From Mustelus asterias (lineage: Eukaryota), in assembly GCF_964213995.1 (NCBI RefSeq), contig NC_135823.1:806001-870000 (forward strand): DNA of 64,000 nt, read 5' to 3'. A model generated the notes under the pieces. That model was not told the origin of the DNA, ran no database searches, and worked only from the letters and a program-made list of their open reading frames with translations. This document shows, piece by piece, positions 13,060 through 25,820 of this stretch (positions are counted from its first letter, which is position 1; each line of letters opens with the position of its first letter). Both the position numbers and the translations under genes were made by a program.

Positions 13060-13640
13060 GTACATTGCAGAAGGAGGCCAGTCGACCCATGGAGACTGCA
13101 CCGACAATAATCCCGCCCAGGCACGATCCCGGTAGCTCCACACATTTGCCTTCCTCTTACCGCTGACACTACGTTGCAATTTAGCATGGCCAATCCACCT
13201 AACCTGCACATCTTTGGACACTAAGGAGCAATTCCGCATGTCAAATCCACCTACCCAACACATCTTTGACACTAAGTGGCAATGGGGAATCCACCTGACC
13301 TGCAGATATTTGGACACGAAGGGAAAATTCAGCTTGGCAAATGCCCATGACCTGCACACCTTTGGACACTAAGGGAAAATTTAGCACAACAATCCACCTA
13401 ATGTACACACCTTTGGACACCAGGGAACAATTTAACATGGGGACAATCCACTTACCCTGGATATCTTTGGACAATAAGGAGAAATTGAGCATGGCCAATC
13501 CACCCAAACTGCAAATCGTTGGACCGTGGGATTAAACCGGAACACTCAGAGAAAACCCACGCAAACTCTACACTGACAGCGACCCGAGGCCGGAATTGAA
13601 CCCGGCGAAGTGGCTTTGTGAAGCAGCAGTGCTCAGCAAT
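13060..13640 (-). mobile_element. HE1-type SINE with internal ~40-bp minisatellite expansion (likewise 20820-21170, 22270-22820, 27850-28530, 36330-36930, 45007-45370)
   Basis: Repeated unit caatttagcatggccaatccacctaacctgcacatctttggacactaagg. Confidence 0.85.
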
Positions 13641-14055
13641 GCTAAAATGCAATAAATTAATTGACTGATAGGTGTACTTCACGCCATTTTAAAAATCCTC
13701 AATTATTCTATCTGTTGGTCCGATAATAAAGTATAATTATTGGCTAACAATTCTTGCAGCGAAGTACCAGATTGGAATTGACGTCATGCGGTCTAAATGT
13801 CCCTTGTCCATCCATTGGCGAATTGCGATCCATTGAAATATTGTTTGAGAGTTGATTTACTGAGGGGCCGTTTATGTATTAGGAAAACGCTAGTATATGT
13901 GGAAGCCTTCTTTGGATTGACACACTGTGGAGCCAATTAATGTATTGGGGGCATAGGTGCAAGAGGGCATCATTGGTGCATTGTATCTCAAATTAATTAT
14001 AGCTCAGCGGGAACAGGATCTGATTTAAATTGGCATTTTCCACTTTGTTACACAG

Positions 14056-14081
14056 GCCGCTATCGCCAAACTTATGGTAAG
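14056..14081 (+). CDS. Candidate gene A cytoplasmic mini-exon (GRYRQTYGK)
   Basis: Acceptor ttttccactttgttacacag; donors GTAAGG (14077) or GTAACA (14082); open in phase 1. Confidence 0.4.
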
Positions 14082-14809
14082 GTAACACAAGACGGTGCAG
14101 TGCAATTAAGTTCTTTGCAAATATTTTAATACTGTGCAAAACATTGCTGGTTTTCGGAATAAGGTAAGTTCCTGGCTTGTCAGTGTCTGTGTGGTGTTCG
14201 CACGTTCTCCCCGTATCTGCGTGGATTTACTCCGGGTGCTCCGGTTTCCTCCCACAGTCCCAATGTCGTGCTGGTTCGATGCATTGGGCATGTTAAATGT
14301 TCCCTCAGTCTACTCGAACAGGCGTCGGATATGATGACTCGGGGTTTTTCACAGTAACTTTATTGCAGTGGAAATGTAAGCCGACTTGTGACTCATAAAT
14401 AAAGATTAAACTTTCGGTGGATATTTTGTGCCGCAATCAGAGAACAGCTCACTGTCTGAAGCATCTAAATGTGAATCAAATCCCACTCGTCCGCACCCTG
14501 GAATCAGGAAATTAACCTCTGCAGCTCTTCCAACTGATCGTACAGCGATTGAGTTGGTGCTCCGGTTAGAATATCTCAGTCTGACTTTTCTGCGGATTTC
14601 CAGCAGTTCGCATTGCAGATTGCCAGATTTTGAATTTGTTTCACTTTCGTTATCTCCGCGGGAAATCTAGTTCTCCCTCACTCAGCTCCCAGTTTCCTTA
14701 ATTTTGTACACACTTGGAAATTAATTCATTGCTGGAATTACAATGTCCAAACCTCCGGTAGTTTTGCTGAGGAATTAAAAGATGTTTAGAGTTGTACATG
14801 TACAGCTAA

Positions 14810-15470
14810 AGTGTGTTCGCGTGTGAAATTCTCTGTCTGTGTATCTCTGCATGTGTCGGTGTGAGGGAGTGAGTGTCTGTGCGTTTGTGTCTTTCTCTGT
14901 CCGTGTATCTCTCTGTGTGTGACGGTGTGAGATCGTGGATGGGTTGTATGTGCGAGAGCTTCTCTGTATGTTTGTCTCTCTCTGTATTTGTCGATGTGAG
15001 TATGTGTGCGTGTGTGCGTGCGTATGTGTGTATGAGAAAGAATTTCTGTGTCGCAAACTTTGGTTTGATATTTTGTATGTGCGCCTGTGTGTGAGATTGT
15101 CAGTGAATCTCTCCGTATGTGTCGGTGTGAGATTGACTATGTGTGTGTGCGTGAGTGTCTTAGTGTGCGTGCGTCTGGCATGTGTGCCAGAGAGAAAGAG
15201 GACAAGAGAGTGTGAAAGAAAGAGGGAGAGAGACTGAGAGAGAGGGCGAGAGACTGCGTGTTTGAGGGAGAAGGTGTATAAGTGAACGTTTGCGTTACTG
15301 TATGTGCATCATTGTTTGAGATTCTCTGTGTGTATATGTGTATGAGGCTGCGTTTGTAAGATTGTATGTGCATGTGCATGGGCCTCTATGTTTGTCTGTG
15401 TAAGTGTGTCTGAGTCTTTGCGGGTGGGAGTGAGAATGTGTCTGTCCGTGTGGTTCAGAGTTCTGTCCAG
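14810..15470. repeat. Degenerate (TG)n/(TC)n/(GA)n simple-repeat tract
   Basis: Low-complexity dinucleotide runs. Confidence 0.9.
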
Positions 15471-17457
15471 GTTTCTGTCCATGTATAATCCCTTGACAAA
15501 CATCTGAACACATAACAATTTAACTGGGTCATTGAAGAATTGTTCCTTATGGGTCCACACTGTTCCCAAATGTGCTGCCGGATTTACTACGTTAAATTCG
15601 GTGAATGCAATTTCAAGATGTGGCGGTCAATGATTTGGTGCTTAGGCAGCTCAGGAAAGACGCAGGGTACATGCACAGTGGCTGGTTTGATGGTGGAAGT
15701 CTCAATTACTTTAAAGGGACCTGAATCTGCATGTAAATTGCGAGAACGTAAAACCTACGGACCGGGTGCTGGACAGTGCGATTAAAATAGACAGCCAGTT
15801 TTCTGGCGGGCACAGACATAACGGGGGAATGGCCTCTTTCTATGCAGTATCTATCCTGTGGTTCATTGGTGCCAATGCAGTTGATCGTGTATGGCTGGTT
15901 GTGAGTAATTGTGAGCGATATGCCGAAAGATGAAGGGTGGCACGGTAGCACAGTGTGTCGCAGTGCCGACTCTCAGCCCCCGTGATCCGGGCTCAATGCC
16001 AGCCTTGGGAGACTGTCCGTGTAAAGTTTTCAGATGGGCCCCGTGTCTGCGTTTGTTTCCTCCGGGTGTTCTGGCTTCCTCCCACAGTCCCAAGATGTGC
16101 AGGTTAGGTGGACTGGTCATGCGAAACTGTCCCTTATTGGCCTAAAAAGTGTAGGTTAGACGGATTAATCTGGGTAATGTGTGGAGTTACGGGGTTGGGT
16201 GGTGGGGAGGACCTGCTAAAGATACTGCGACAGAGAGGCGGTGCAGACTGTGTGGGCGGAATGGTCTCATTCTTCACTGTAGGGATTCTTTGGTTCGGAA
16301 CGGACTTGATGGGATAGTTGCTGAAACGCTGCTCAGGGAATCTGGAATATAACACATGGAAAAACATAACCATCGGATTGGCTGTTTAACAGTAGTCGAA
16401 TTGATAGACACATTACACCACTGTTCTGAATTAATTTTAGTGCTGCCTGTGTTAAGTCGCTGTCCAAATTCTGCTGCTCCGTCACGACGTTATTTCCCTC
16501 AATCTCAGCCTTTCGGGGTTGAGTCATGAAGCATTTTCAAGGCTGAGATAATCAGATTCTGAGTTAGTCAGGGAATCAAGCGTTATGGGAATAGGCGGGA
16601 AAGTGGAGTTGACAATTGTCAAATCGGAACAGTCATGAGCTCATTCTATAGCGGAGCAGACACAATGGGTTGAATGGCCTACTTTTGCTTCTGAGTCTCA
16701 TGGGCTTGGGATGCTACCGTCTAACTCTTCCATAGACACACTAAGCCACCAATTCTCCAATTGAGATTGAGAAAAATGGAAGCATATTGAATAGTCACTT
16801 TCAAAAGGGAATGGGACAAAAAACTTGTTGGAAAGAACTCAGCTGAGCATTATGAGGAAAGCTAAAATCAAGCTTGTTCTAAATGGAAAGTGACGACCTG
16901 GTGATCTTATCGCTCGACTATGAATCTAGAAGCAAAGTGAATTTTCGGGCGACCAAAGTTCGAATCCCGCCAGGGCAGATGGTGGAATTTCAAATCAATA
17001 AAAAATAATCTGGAATTATGAATCTACTGATGACCATGAAACCATTGTCGATTGTCAGAAGCAACCCATCTGGTTCACAAATGTCCTTTGGGGAAGGAAA
17101 TTTGCCACCCTTACCTTGTATGGTCTGCATGTGATTCCAAAGCCACAACAATATGGTTGGCTCTCAACTGCCCTCTAATCAATAACACCGAGGGTTGGGC
17201 AATAAACACTGGCCAGCCAGCGACGCCCATGTCCCACGAACGATTAAAATAATTGGATAGCTTATTCAAAGATCCAACACGGATTCAATGAGCCAAATAG
17301 TGTTCATCTAAGCTGTATCAATCTATGATTTCATGTAACCCATTTGAGGTTCGGGGTAATCCTAAATATGTATGGGCCGGAGGACTCCTTCAGCACTGTA
17401 GGGACTATATTATTCTCTGTGATGATTCGATGATTTCTGATTGTTTCAGAGTAGAAC

Positions 17458-18728
17458 GAGGCAGCACGGATTCGGGAAGGGCAAGTCGTGCCTCACAAAT
17501 TTGATTGAATTTTTTGAGGAGGTAACTAAGTGTTTAGATGAAGGTAGGGCAGTTGAAGTCATATACATGGATTTTAGTAAGGCGTTTGATAACGTCCCCA
17601 ATGGTCGGCTTATGATGAAAGTAAGGAGGTGTGGGATAGCGGGAAAGTTGGCCGATTGGATAGGTAACTGGCTATCTGATCGAAGACAGAGGGTGGTGGT
17701 GGATGGACAATTTTCGGACTGGAGGCAGGTTGCTAGCGGAGTGCCACAGGGATCAGTAGTTTGTCCTCTGCTCTTTGTGATTTTTATTAATGACTTAGAG
17801 GAGGGTGCTGAAGGGTGGATCAGCAAATTTGCTGATGGCACCAAGATTGGTGGAGTAGTGGATGAGGTGGAGGGCAGTTGTACGCTGCAAAGAGACATAG
17901 ATAGGATGCAAATCTGGGCTCAAAATGGCAAATGGAGTTTAACCCTGATAAATGTGTAGGTGATTCATTTTGGTAGGACTAATTTAAATGTGGATTACAG
18001 GGTCAAAGGTAGGGTTCTGAAGACTGTGGAGGATCAGAGAGATCTTGGGGTCAATATCCACAGATCTCTAAAGGTTGCCACTCAAGTGGATAGAGCTGTG
18101 AAGAAGGCCTATAGTGTGTTAGCTTTTGTGAACAGGGGGTTGGAGTTTAAGAGCCGTGGGGTTATGCTGCAACTGTACAGGACCTTGGTGAGACCACATT
18201 TGGAATATTGTGTGCAGTTCTGGTCACCTCACTATAAGAAGGGTGTGGAAGCGCTGGAAAGATTGCAGAGGATATTTACCAGGATGCTGCCTGGTTTGGA
18301 GGATAGGTCTTATGAGGAAAGGTTGAGGGAGCTAGGGCTGTTCTCTCTGGAGCGGAGGAGGCTGAGGGGAGACTTAATAGAGGTTAATAAAATGATGAAG
18401 GGGATAGATAGAGTGAACGTTCAAAGACTATTTCCTCGGATGGATGGAGCTATTACAAGGGGGCATAACGATAGGGTTCATGGTGGGAGATATAGGAAGG
18501 ATATCAGAGGTAGGTTCTTTACGTAGAGAGTGATTGGGGTGTGGAATGGGCTGCCTGCAGTGATAGTGGAGTCAGACACTTTCGGAACATGTAAGCGGTT
18601 ATTGGATAGGCACATGGAGCACACCAGGATAATAGTGAGTGGGATAGCTTGATCTTGGTTTCAGATAAAACTCGGCACAACATCGTGGGCCGAAGGGCCT
18701 GTTCTGTGCTGTACTGTTCTATGTTCTA
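17458..18728 (+). mobile_element. CR1-clade LINE, 5'-truncated, RT to 3' tail, little decayed
   Basis: [51 protein letters not shown]; tail gttctatgttcta. Confidence 0.95.
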
Positions 18729-19459
18729 ACTCTCTACGCCACCCTGGATTTGGCCCCTTTGGAAAAGCGATCAAAAAAGAAGGCGGGTCGAAATGATGAT
18801 GAATTGTGGAGGAGGCAGGAATTCCCGAAAACCCCACAGCTTCGTTGAAATAAACACGAAGCCAAGGAGACCCCCTTCAAACAGCTAAACGTTCTCCATG
18901 CAGTCGCCTAAGATTGGCTGCAGCCTTAACTATAAATGATTGAAGTTTGGGATGTTCCACTGGAACTTAATCATTCAACTGTGGAAGAAACATTGAGCAA
19001 TGTTGAGAGACTTTGCTGGGTTTTCCTGAAAATACTCTGCTGATTTCCCTGCTCCAGTTATTCATTGGAATTTTGTTTTTTTGCAGATGTCGACGTGTGA
19101 ATATCAATTATTTTTTCTACCTTGCTAAGGATGATTTGTACTGACCAACAATAAACTTATAATTAAATTCAATCTTTATTGCACAGTGATTTCTATTGAG
19201 CTGGCAATAGCAGTCCAGGATTCAGATTTGTGTCACTGCTTGAAGAGTAAGAGGTTTGATCATTCATAGTATGGGAATGCAGCAAGAAACGGACCCAGAC
19301 AGTGATGAATGGAGTTTCCAACAGTGTATTCTTAATTTTACACAGTGATTTTCAGTGTGTGCTTAACATTAACCGTTCATTTCAGAGCAATACGATGCAT
19401 GCAAGGTTACGGAATAAGAATTGAATTTGGACTTATGCTCTCTGGCACTCCTGAATTTC

Positions 19460-20005
19460 GCTGTCGAAGCCTGTCCACCATCCACAAGGCAGAAGTTAGC
19501 AGTCTCATGGAATACTGTTCAATTGCCTGGAAGGGTGCGGCTCCAACAACACTCAAGAAGTTCGACCCTATCCAGGACAAAGCAGCCCCGCTTAATTGGC
19601 ACCTCTTCCACAAACATCCATTCCCTCTACCACCGCGCCTCAGTCGCAGCAGTCTGCACCATCTACAATATCCACAGCAGCAATTCACCAACGATCCTTA
19701 GATAGCACCTTCCAACCCCACGACCACTTCCATCTAGAAGGACAAGGAGAGCAGATACATGGGAACACCATCACCTGCAAGTTCCCCTCCAAGCCACTCA
19801 CCGCCCTGACTTGGAAATATATCGCCATTCCTTCGCAAAGTCCTGACATTTTCTCTCTAACGGCATTGTGCGTCAACCGACAGCAGGTGGACTGCAGCGA
19901 TTCAAGGAGGCAGGTCACCACCACCTTCTCGAGGGCAGCTAGGAATGGACAATAACTGCCCGCCAGCCAACGATGACCTTGCACCAGGAATGAATTTTAA
20001 AAAAT
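19460..20005 (+). mobile_element. Second LINE family (CR1/L2-group) 3' end; tail shared with the Deu-type SINE
   Basis: LSTIHKAEVSSLMEYCSIAWKGAAPTTLKKFDPIQDKAA; tail gggcagctaggaatggacaataa...gaatgaattttaaaaaa. Confidence 0.85.
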
Positions 20006-21180
20006 TGATTTCCTGGCCACCTCGGTCCTGATTAATAGAAACATAGAATCCTACAGTCAGAAGGAGGCCATTCGGCCCATCAAGCCTGCACCTATGACAC
20101 GATCCCACCCAGGCCCCATTTTCGTAACCCCGCATATCTACCCTGCTAATCCCTCAACATTAGAGTCAATTTAGCATGGCCGATCAACGTTACCCCGCAC
20201 ATCTTTGGATTTAGGAATTTAATTACTGGGGAGGCGAAGACCAAGTGGCATTATTGCTAGACTATTAATCAGAGTTGTGAATTCCAATGTTTGGCATCTG
20301 CAGCCAAGTCTGTGTGTGATGCTCTTCAATTGGAAAACCGAGAGATTCTGTCTCGAACATCATTTTCGATCTCAAGATTAACTTGTCAAAGTATAGTACA
20401 CGATTTCCGCCCATTAGTATGTTCTGAACAACTCAGAATGGGCTGAGAGAGATGTGTCTTTCGGATGCTCACAGTAAACAGTCGCTGTCTACAAATCTAT
20501 CTGCTGTAAGCTCTACTGACTGGCCTCTTCATCATTCAATGCTCCAAGATTTCTGCTGAATTATCCAACACTCAGCTGTTCATTTTGGAAACAATTTTGA
20601 CTTTAATTCATTCTACATAGCTCTACACATGTAAACGAATGCAACTTGCTCTCATCTTGCAACTTACTTCACTTCTGAAGATTCGTTGACAAGTGTTGCT
20701 CAGGTGGCTTGCCGCGAATTTTCAGCACACATTTCCTGCTTTTACTTGATCCTTCGGTCAACTTTCCCTCCACTGAGTCCCATCAAATTTGACCTGGCTA
20801 CATTTTGTAACATCCAACCAGACAATACCTGCAGTGCTGAAAGAGACCATTTGATCCATGGAGTGTCCGAAATAACATTCCACCCAAACTCTACCCTCTG
20901 CCCTATCCCGGTAACCACATTTACAATGGCCAATCCACCTACATACCTTTGACAATAAGAGGCAATTTACCATGGCCAATCCACCTACATATCTTTTGAC
21001 ACTAAGGGACAATTAAGCATGGCCCTCCATCTGGCCTTCACAAAGTCTTTGGACTTTGGTAGGAAACCCACACATACGGGGAAAGTGCAGACTCCACGGA
21101 GACAGTCACCCAAGAGGGGAATTCAACCCGGGCCCCTGGCTCTGTGACGCAGCAGTGTGCCACCGTGCCCCCAAAATGAA

Positions 21181-21255
21181 TGGCTGGTCCGGGAATCGAA
21201 CCCCCAATCTTGGCGTTATCAGCACCACGTGAGATATATAACCAGTTGAGTGCTG
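21181..21255 (-). pseudogene. tRNA-Ile-like pseudogene or SINE head (anticodon GAT)
   Basis: TGGTG-CTGATAA-CGCCA anticodon arm, GGTTCGATTCCC T-loop, ...CCAGCCA then TTTT; D arm and acceptor stem disrupted. Confidence 0.55.
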
Positions 21256-22076
21256 GGAGGGGAAATTATTTCAGAGCCGCGAAGTGACTGGAAATCGGCA
21301 TTAATACTTAGTTGATTTCGTCTATACATGGTAACAACGAATCCCGAGCGATTAGTAATCGATCTTCCAGCATCGTCCACGAACTCCGGGAACATATGTT
21401 GCAATGGGGCAGGTTGTAAATGTCACACTAGAAGAACTCGGTAACGGCCGTCCTCTGAAGAGGTGACTCTTTCTGAGAATTCACATTCCTTGTTGCAATG
21501 GCATTAAAATTTGTTGTCAAGCTGCACCCAGTCGGTGTCTCATCGCAGTTGGCTTTTGCTCTCGGGACCCCGGAATTCGGTGAGCAGTAAGCCTCTCCAA
21601 ATTATAGAAACTAATAGATTTTCCGGAGTGAGGCGACTCGGGGATTTTCATGTTAACTTCACTGCAGTGTTAACGTAAACTTATTTGTGTGACACTAATA
21701 AATAAACTTTAAAACATTAAATACACGTTTTGCAGAGACTACGTACAGCGTTTGAAAATAGCACTGGAAAATTCAGCGCAGTGTTAATTTACGGTTTTAA
21801 TTTTATTGATTAGTGTCATAGTAGACTTACTGCAATTAATTTTGTTTCGGCGTTTCCTGTTTACCGCTCAGGAGCCAACCCACATCTCAGCCCGCAAAGG
21901 GAAACACGTCACAGCTCTGTGTTAAACACTGGGGAATGGCGTTGTGCATCAAAACTGATTCAAACCGAGGAGCAAAGGCAATGTCGTTGAACGGAACAAC
22001 ATCACTGCTTGTTGTATGCCCCTGGGCACTGGGGGTATCGCTCTAATTCCGACTATGTTTACTTCATTTGTTTCAG

Positions 22077-22358
22077 CAGCTACCGCTTACTTGCGCATCG
22101 GCTGATGGGCTAAAGCACTCAGCGTGGGAGCTACTTCCTCATTCGCTGCACTCGCTGAGTGAGCAAGTTCCTCATGAAATCCCAGCTGTCGTGATTGGCG
22201 ACTATTCGCGGTATTTCTCTCCCAAAAAGGCCCGACTAATCATTTCACATTTTACAATCGGTTTAGAAGCTGGTAGAATCCCTACGGTGCAGAAGGGGGC
22301 AATAGGCTGTTCGAGCCTGCGCCGACTGCCCAAAAGAGCATTCAACACAGGCCCTTAA
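22077..22358 (+). CDS. Candidate gene A terminal cytoplasmic exon with a decayed ITIM-like LTCASA
   Basis: Acceptor ttcatttgtttcag, phase 0; QLPLTCASADGL resembles LTYASL; the frame runs into a SINE before stopping. Confidence 0.25.
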   Translation, partial: QLPLTCASADGLKHSAWELLPHSLHSLSEQVPHEIPAVVIGDYSRYFSPKKARLIISHFTIGLEAGRIPTVQKGAIGCSSLRRLPKRAFNTGP

Positions 22359-23449
22359 ACACCCACACGTTTACCGTGCCAAACCTCCACATCATTGGAC
22401 ACGAAGGTGCAATTTAGCATGGCCAATCCACGTAACCTGCACATCTGTGAGCTCTCGGGGACACTTTAGCATGGCCAATGCACCTGAACTACAGATATTT
22501 GGATCTTTGGACACTAAGGAACAATTTAGCATGGCCAATCCACCTAACATGTACATCGGTGGACACAAACGAGCAGTTTAGCATGGGCAATCCCGCTAAC
22601 TTGCACATCTTTGGACATTTAGGGGAAATTTAGCATGACCAATATACCTAACCTGCACATCTTTGGACTGTGGGAGGAAAGCGGAGCACTCGGACGAAAC
22701 CCACACAGTCATCGGGAGAACGTGCAAACTCCACACAGACAGTCACCCAAGGCCGGAATTGAACCTATGTCCCTGGCACTGTGAGGCAGCAGTGATAAGC
22801 ACTCTGCTACCGTGCCATCGCGGTTAGGCATTTCTTTGCTGCAGGACTGGATCACGGCTGATTGAATTCCTGTCAAGGTATTTGTAGCTGCTCAATGATT
22901 TTGAACATTTATTTATCCCCCCCCGCCCCCCAACACGCACACAAACACACACAGGCACACACGCACACGCACGCACACACGCCAGCAAACTGTTGTGTCT
23001 TTTGTCTACCAAGCCGCTTTATCAGACATCCGGAATCATACAGGTGTCTGGCATACATGGAATGCTGGAAAATCAGGTGAAATCGCAGGCCGATCCAGGA
23101 ATAAACTTTGAGGATATAATTTCTGCAGCACATTTATAGTTTTACCCACGTTGTCTGAGAAATATTTTATATCAGGGACCAGTCCCGCCATTAACACCAA
23201 TGAATACGTCGTTATCAATTGGAATCAACACTAATCGTGTCATTCGAGGATTCAGTAACTGTCAAATAGTCTCAAGGCTGAGTGATGTTTAAGTTCAAAT
23301 TGAGCCCAGAGTCAAGCCATGACATTGTTGAGACATTTACGCCCTGGGAGTGCTTCAAGGTACAGGCGCAATGCGTGAAGTGGTGCAGATACAATTCAGG
23401 AAGAGAGAAACTTGGAAAATGTGCAGCAAAATCACGAACTGTTGATCAT

Positions 23450-24090
23450 AGAGTCATCGGGTCATAGAGCAATACAGCACGGAAACAGGCCTTCCCATGC
23501 TAAACAGTGTCCCTTCACAGCTGGTCCCAATTGCCCACATTTGGCCCACATCCTTATAACACTTTCCCATCCATGTACTTATCCAAATGCTTTTTAAATG
23601 TTGCTATTAAACCTGCCTCAAACATTTTCTCTGGCAGCTCATTCCATATACGCGCAACCCTCTATGTGAAGAAGTTTCCACTCATTTCCCTTTGAACTCT
23701 CTCTCCTACCCCCCGCCACCCCGCCACCCCCCCCCCCCCCCCACCCCCCACCACCACCTCCGGCCCCCTCTCCCTCACCTTAAACCCATGCCCTCTGCTT
23801 TTCAATTTCCCTACGCTGGGAAAATGACAACGTGCTTTCATCCAATCTATGCCCTTCATAATTTTATAAACCTCAATAAGGCCACCCCCTCATTTTCCTT
23901 TGTTCTAAGGAATAATTCCCTAACCTGGCCAACCACTCCCTATCAACCAGGCCCCTAGTCCTGGAAAGAGCCTTGTAAATCTTCTCTGCCCTCTTTCCAG
24001 TCTTTCAATGTCTTTTCTATGACAGGATGGCAAAAACTGTACATGATACACCAAGTGCGGCCTCACTGACGACTTATACAACTGCACGTT
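23450..24090 (-). mobile_element. CR1-clade LINE 3' fragment with poly-C tract
   Basis: MKGID..KSRGHGFKVR..NFFT; CR1-type tail. Confidence 0.8.
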
Positions 24091-24289
24091 GAGCCTGAGT
24101 TTGGAATATTAATGGGTCAAATTGATCAGACTGCTTTAAAGGGCTGAATAAAGCGAGGGGCTCGAGAGGACGAATATCTATCCTCTCTGTGCGAAAGGTG
24201 TGACTGGAGCACAAGATGGGAGTGGGGGTTGAAAAAAAAAGGAAATGATGGTAAGTCTCATCAGATGTAATAGCATTTGTGCAGAGTCA

Positions 24290-25345
24290 TAGAGTCATAG
24301 AGGTTTACAGTCCGGAAACAGGCCCTACGGCCCAACCTGTCCATGCCATCCCTTTTTAACCACTCAGCTAGTCCCAATTTCCTGCATTTGGCACATATCC
24401 CTCCATACCAATCTTACTCATGTCACTGTCGAACTGCATTTTAAAAGTTAAAATTGTATTTGCCTAGACGATTACCTCTGGCAGCTTATTCCAGATTCTC
24501 ACCATCCTTTGTGTGAAAGAAATTCCCCTCTGCTTCCTTTTGTATCTCTCCCCTCTCAGCTTAAACCTATGCCCTCAAGTTGTAGAATCCCCTATCTTTG
24601 GGAAAATATATTGTTATCAAGAAAATCTATACCCTTCATTCTTTTGGATACCTCTCTCAATCACCCCTCAGCCTCCGACACTACAGGGAAAATGCCGCAG
24701 TCTATCCAACCTCTCCTTATAAATTAAACCATCAAATCCTGGTCGCATACTGGTAAATCTTTTCTGCACTCTTTCTCGTTTAATAATATCCATTCTATAA
24801 TAGGGTTACCAGAACAGTGCACAGTATTCTAAGTGTGGCTTTATCAATATCTTGTACAACTTCAAGAAGACGTCCCAGTCCTGTATTTAATTTTCTGACC
24901 AATGAAACCAAGCATGCTGAATGCCCTCTTCACCACTCTGTTCACCTGTGACTCCACTTTCAAGGAGCTGTGAACCTATCCCCTCGATCTCTTTGTTGTA
25001 TAACTCCCCCCAACACCCTTCCATTAACTGAGTAAGTGCTGCCCTGGTTAGATCTACCAAAATGGGTCACCTCGCATTTATCTAAGTTAAACACCATCTG
25101 CCATTCATCAGCCCACTGGCCCAATTGTTCAATTTCCCGTTGCAATCCTAGTTAACCTTCTTCACTGTCCACTGGTCACCAATCTTGGTGTCATTTGCAA
25201 ACTTACCAACCATGCCTCCGAAATTCTCATCCAAATCACGAATAAAAATGGCACATAACAGTGGACCCAGCACTGATCCCTGAGTCACACCACTGGTCAC
25301 AGGCCTCCAGTTTGAAAAACAACCCTTTGCAACCACCCTCTGTCT
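24290..25345 (-). mobile_element. CR1-clade LINE RT/3' fragment
   Basis: SGVTQGSVLGPLL, KFANDTKIG, WQMVFNLDKCEV. Confidence 0.9.
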
Positions 25346-25529
25346 TAGAGAGAACAGAGCTAACGTTTCGAATTTGAATGACCCTACCTCAGATCTCATG
25401 TTTTTATGCATGCTTTTCCCTGCACAATAGAGGTTTGAATTCAGACAAGATAACTGATAATTCAAGTGGCTTGAACACATAATCTTTCAAATGTAGAGGG
25501 GGCGTGTTTTGACTTCCATCGACAAAAGA

Positions 25530-25820
25530 TGGCACTGTGGTTCGCACTGCTGCCTCACAGCCAGGGACTTGGGTTCGATTCCCGGCTTGGGTGGCTCTCT
25601 GTGCGCAGTCTGCACGTTCTCCCCCGTGTCTGTGTGGGTTTCCTTCGGCTGCTCCGGTTTCCTCCCACAGTCCGAGCGATGGGCTATGCAGGTGCTTCGG
25701 CCATGCTAAATTCTCCCTCGGTGTACCCAAACAGGCGCAGGAGCGTGGCAACTAGGATATTTTCACAGTAACTTCATTGTGGTGTTAATGTAAGCCTACT
25801 TGTGACACTAATAAATAAAG
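25530..25820 (+). mobile_element. HE1-headed SINE, alternative-tail subfamily (also 7120-7340-, 9050-9350+, 10355-10650+, 14165-14410+, 26590-26838-, 54060-54348-)
   Basis: tRNA-like head and central domain, then aacaggcgc..ttttcacagtaacttcattg..gcctacttgtgacactaataaataaa. Confidence 0.85.

Noticed and set aside
14775-15569. Cys/Val- and His/Thr-rich ORFs
   Set aside because: Translations of a degenerate TG/CA microsatellite.
17441-18526. Long ORFs as a host gene
   Set aside because: CR1 reverse transcriptase, 5'-truncated, frameshifted, catalytic FADD changed to FADG.
22370-22670. CRISPR-like regularly spaced ~40-bp repeats (also at 13.2, 28.0 and 36.5 kb)
   Set aside because: Head-to-tail degenerate units without unique spacers, inside SINEs, in eukaryotic DNA with no cas genes.
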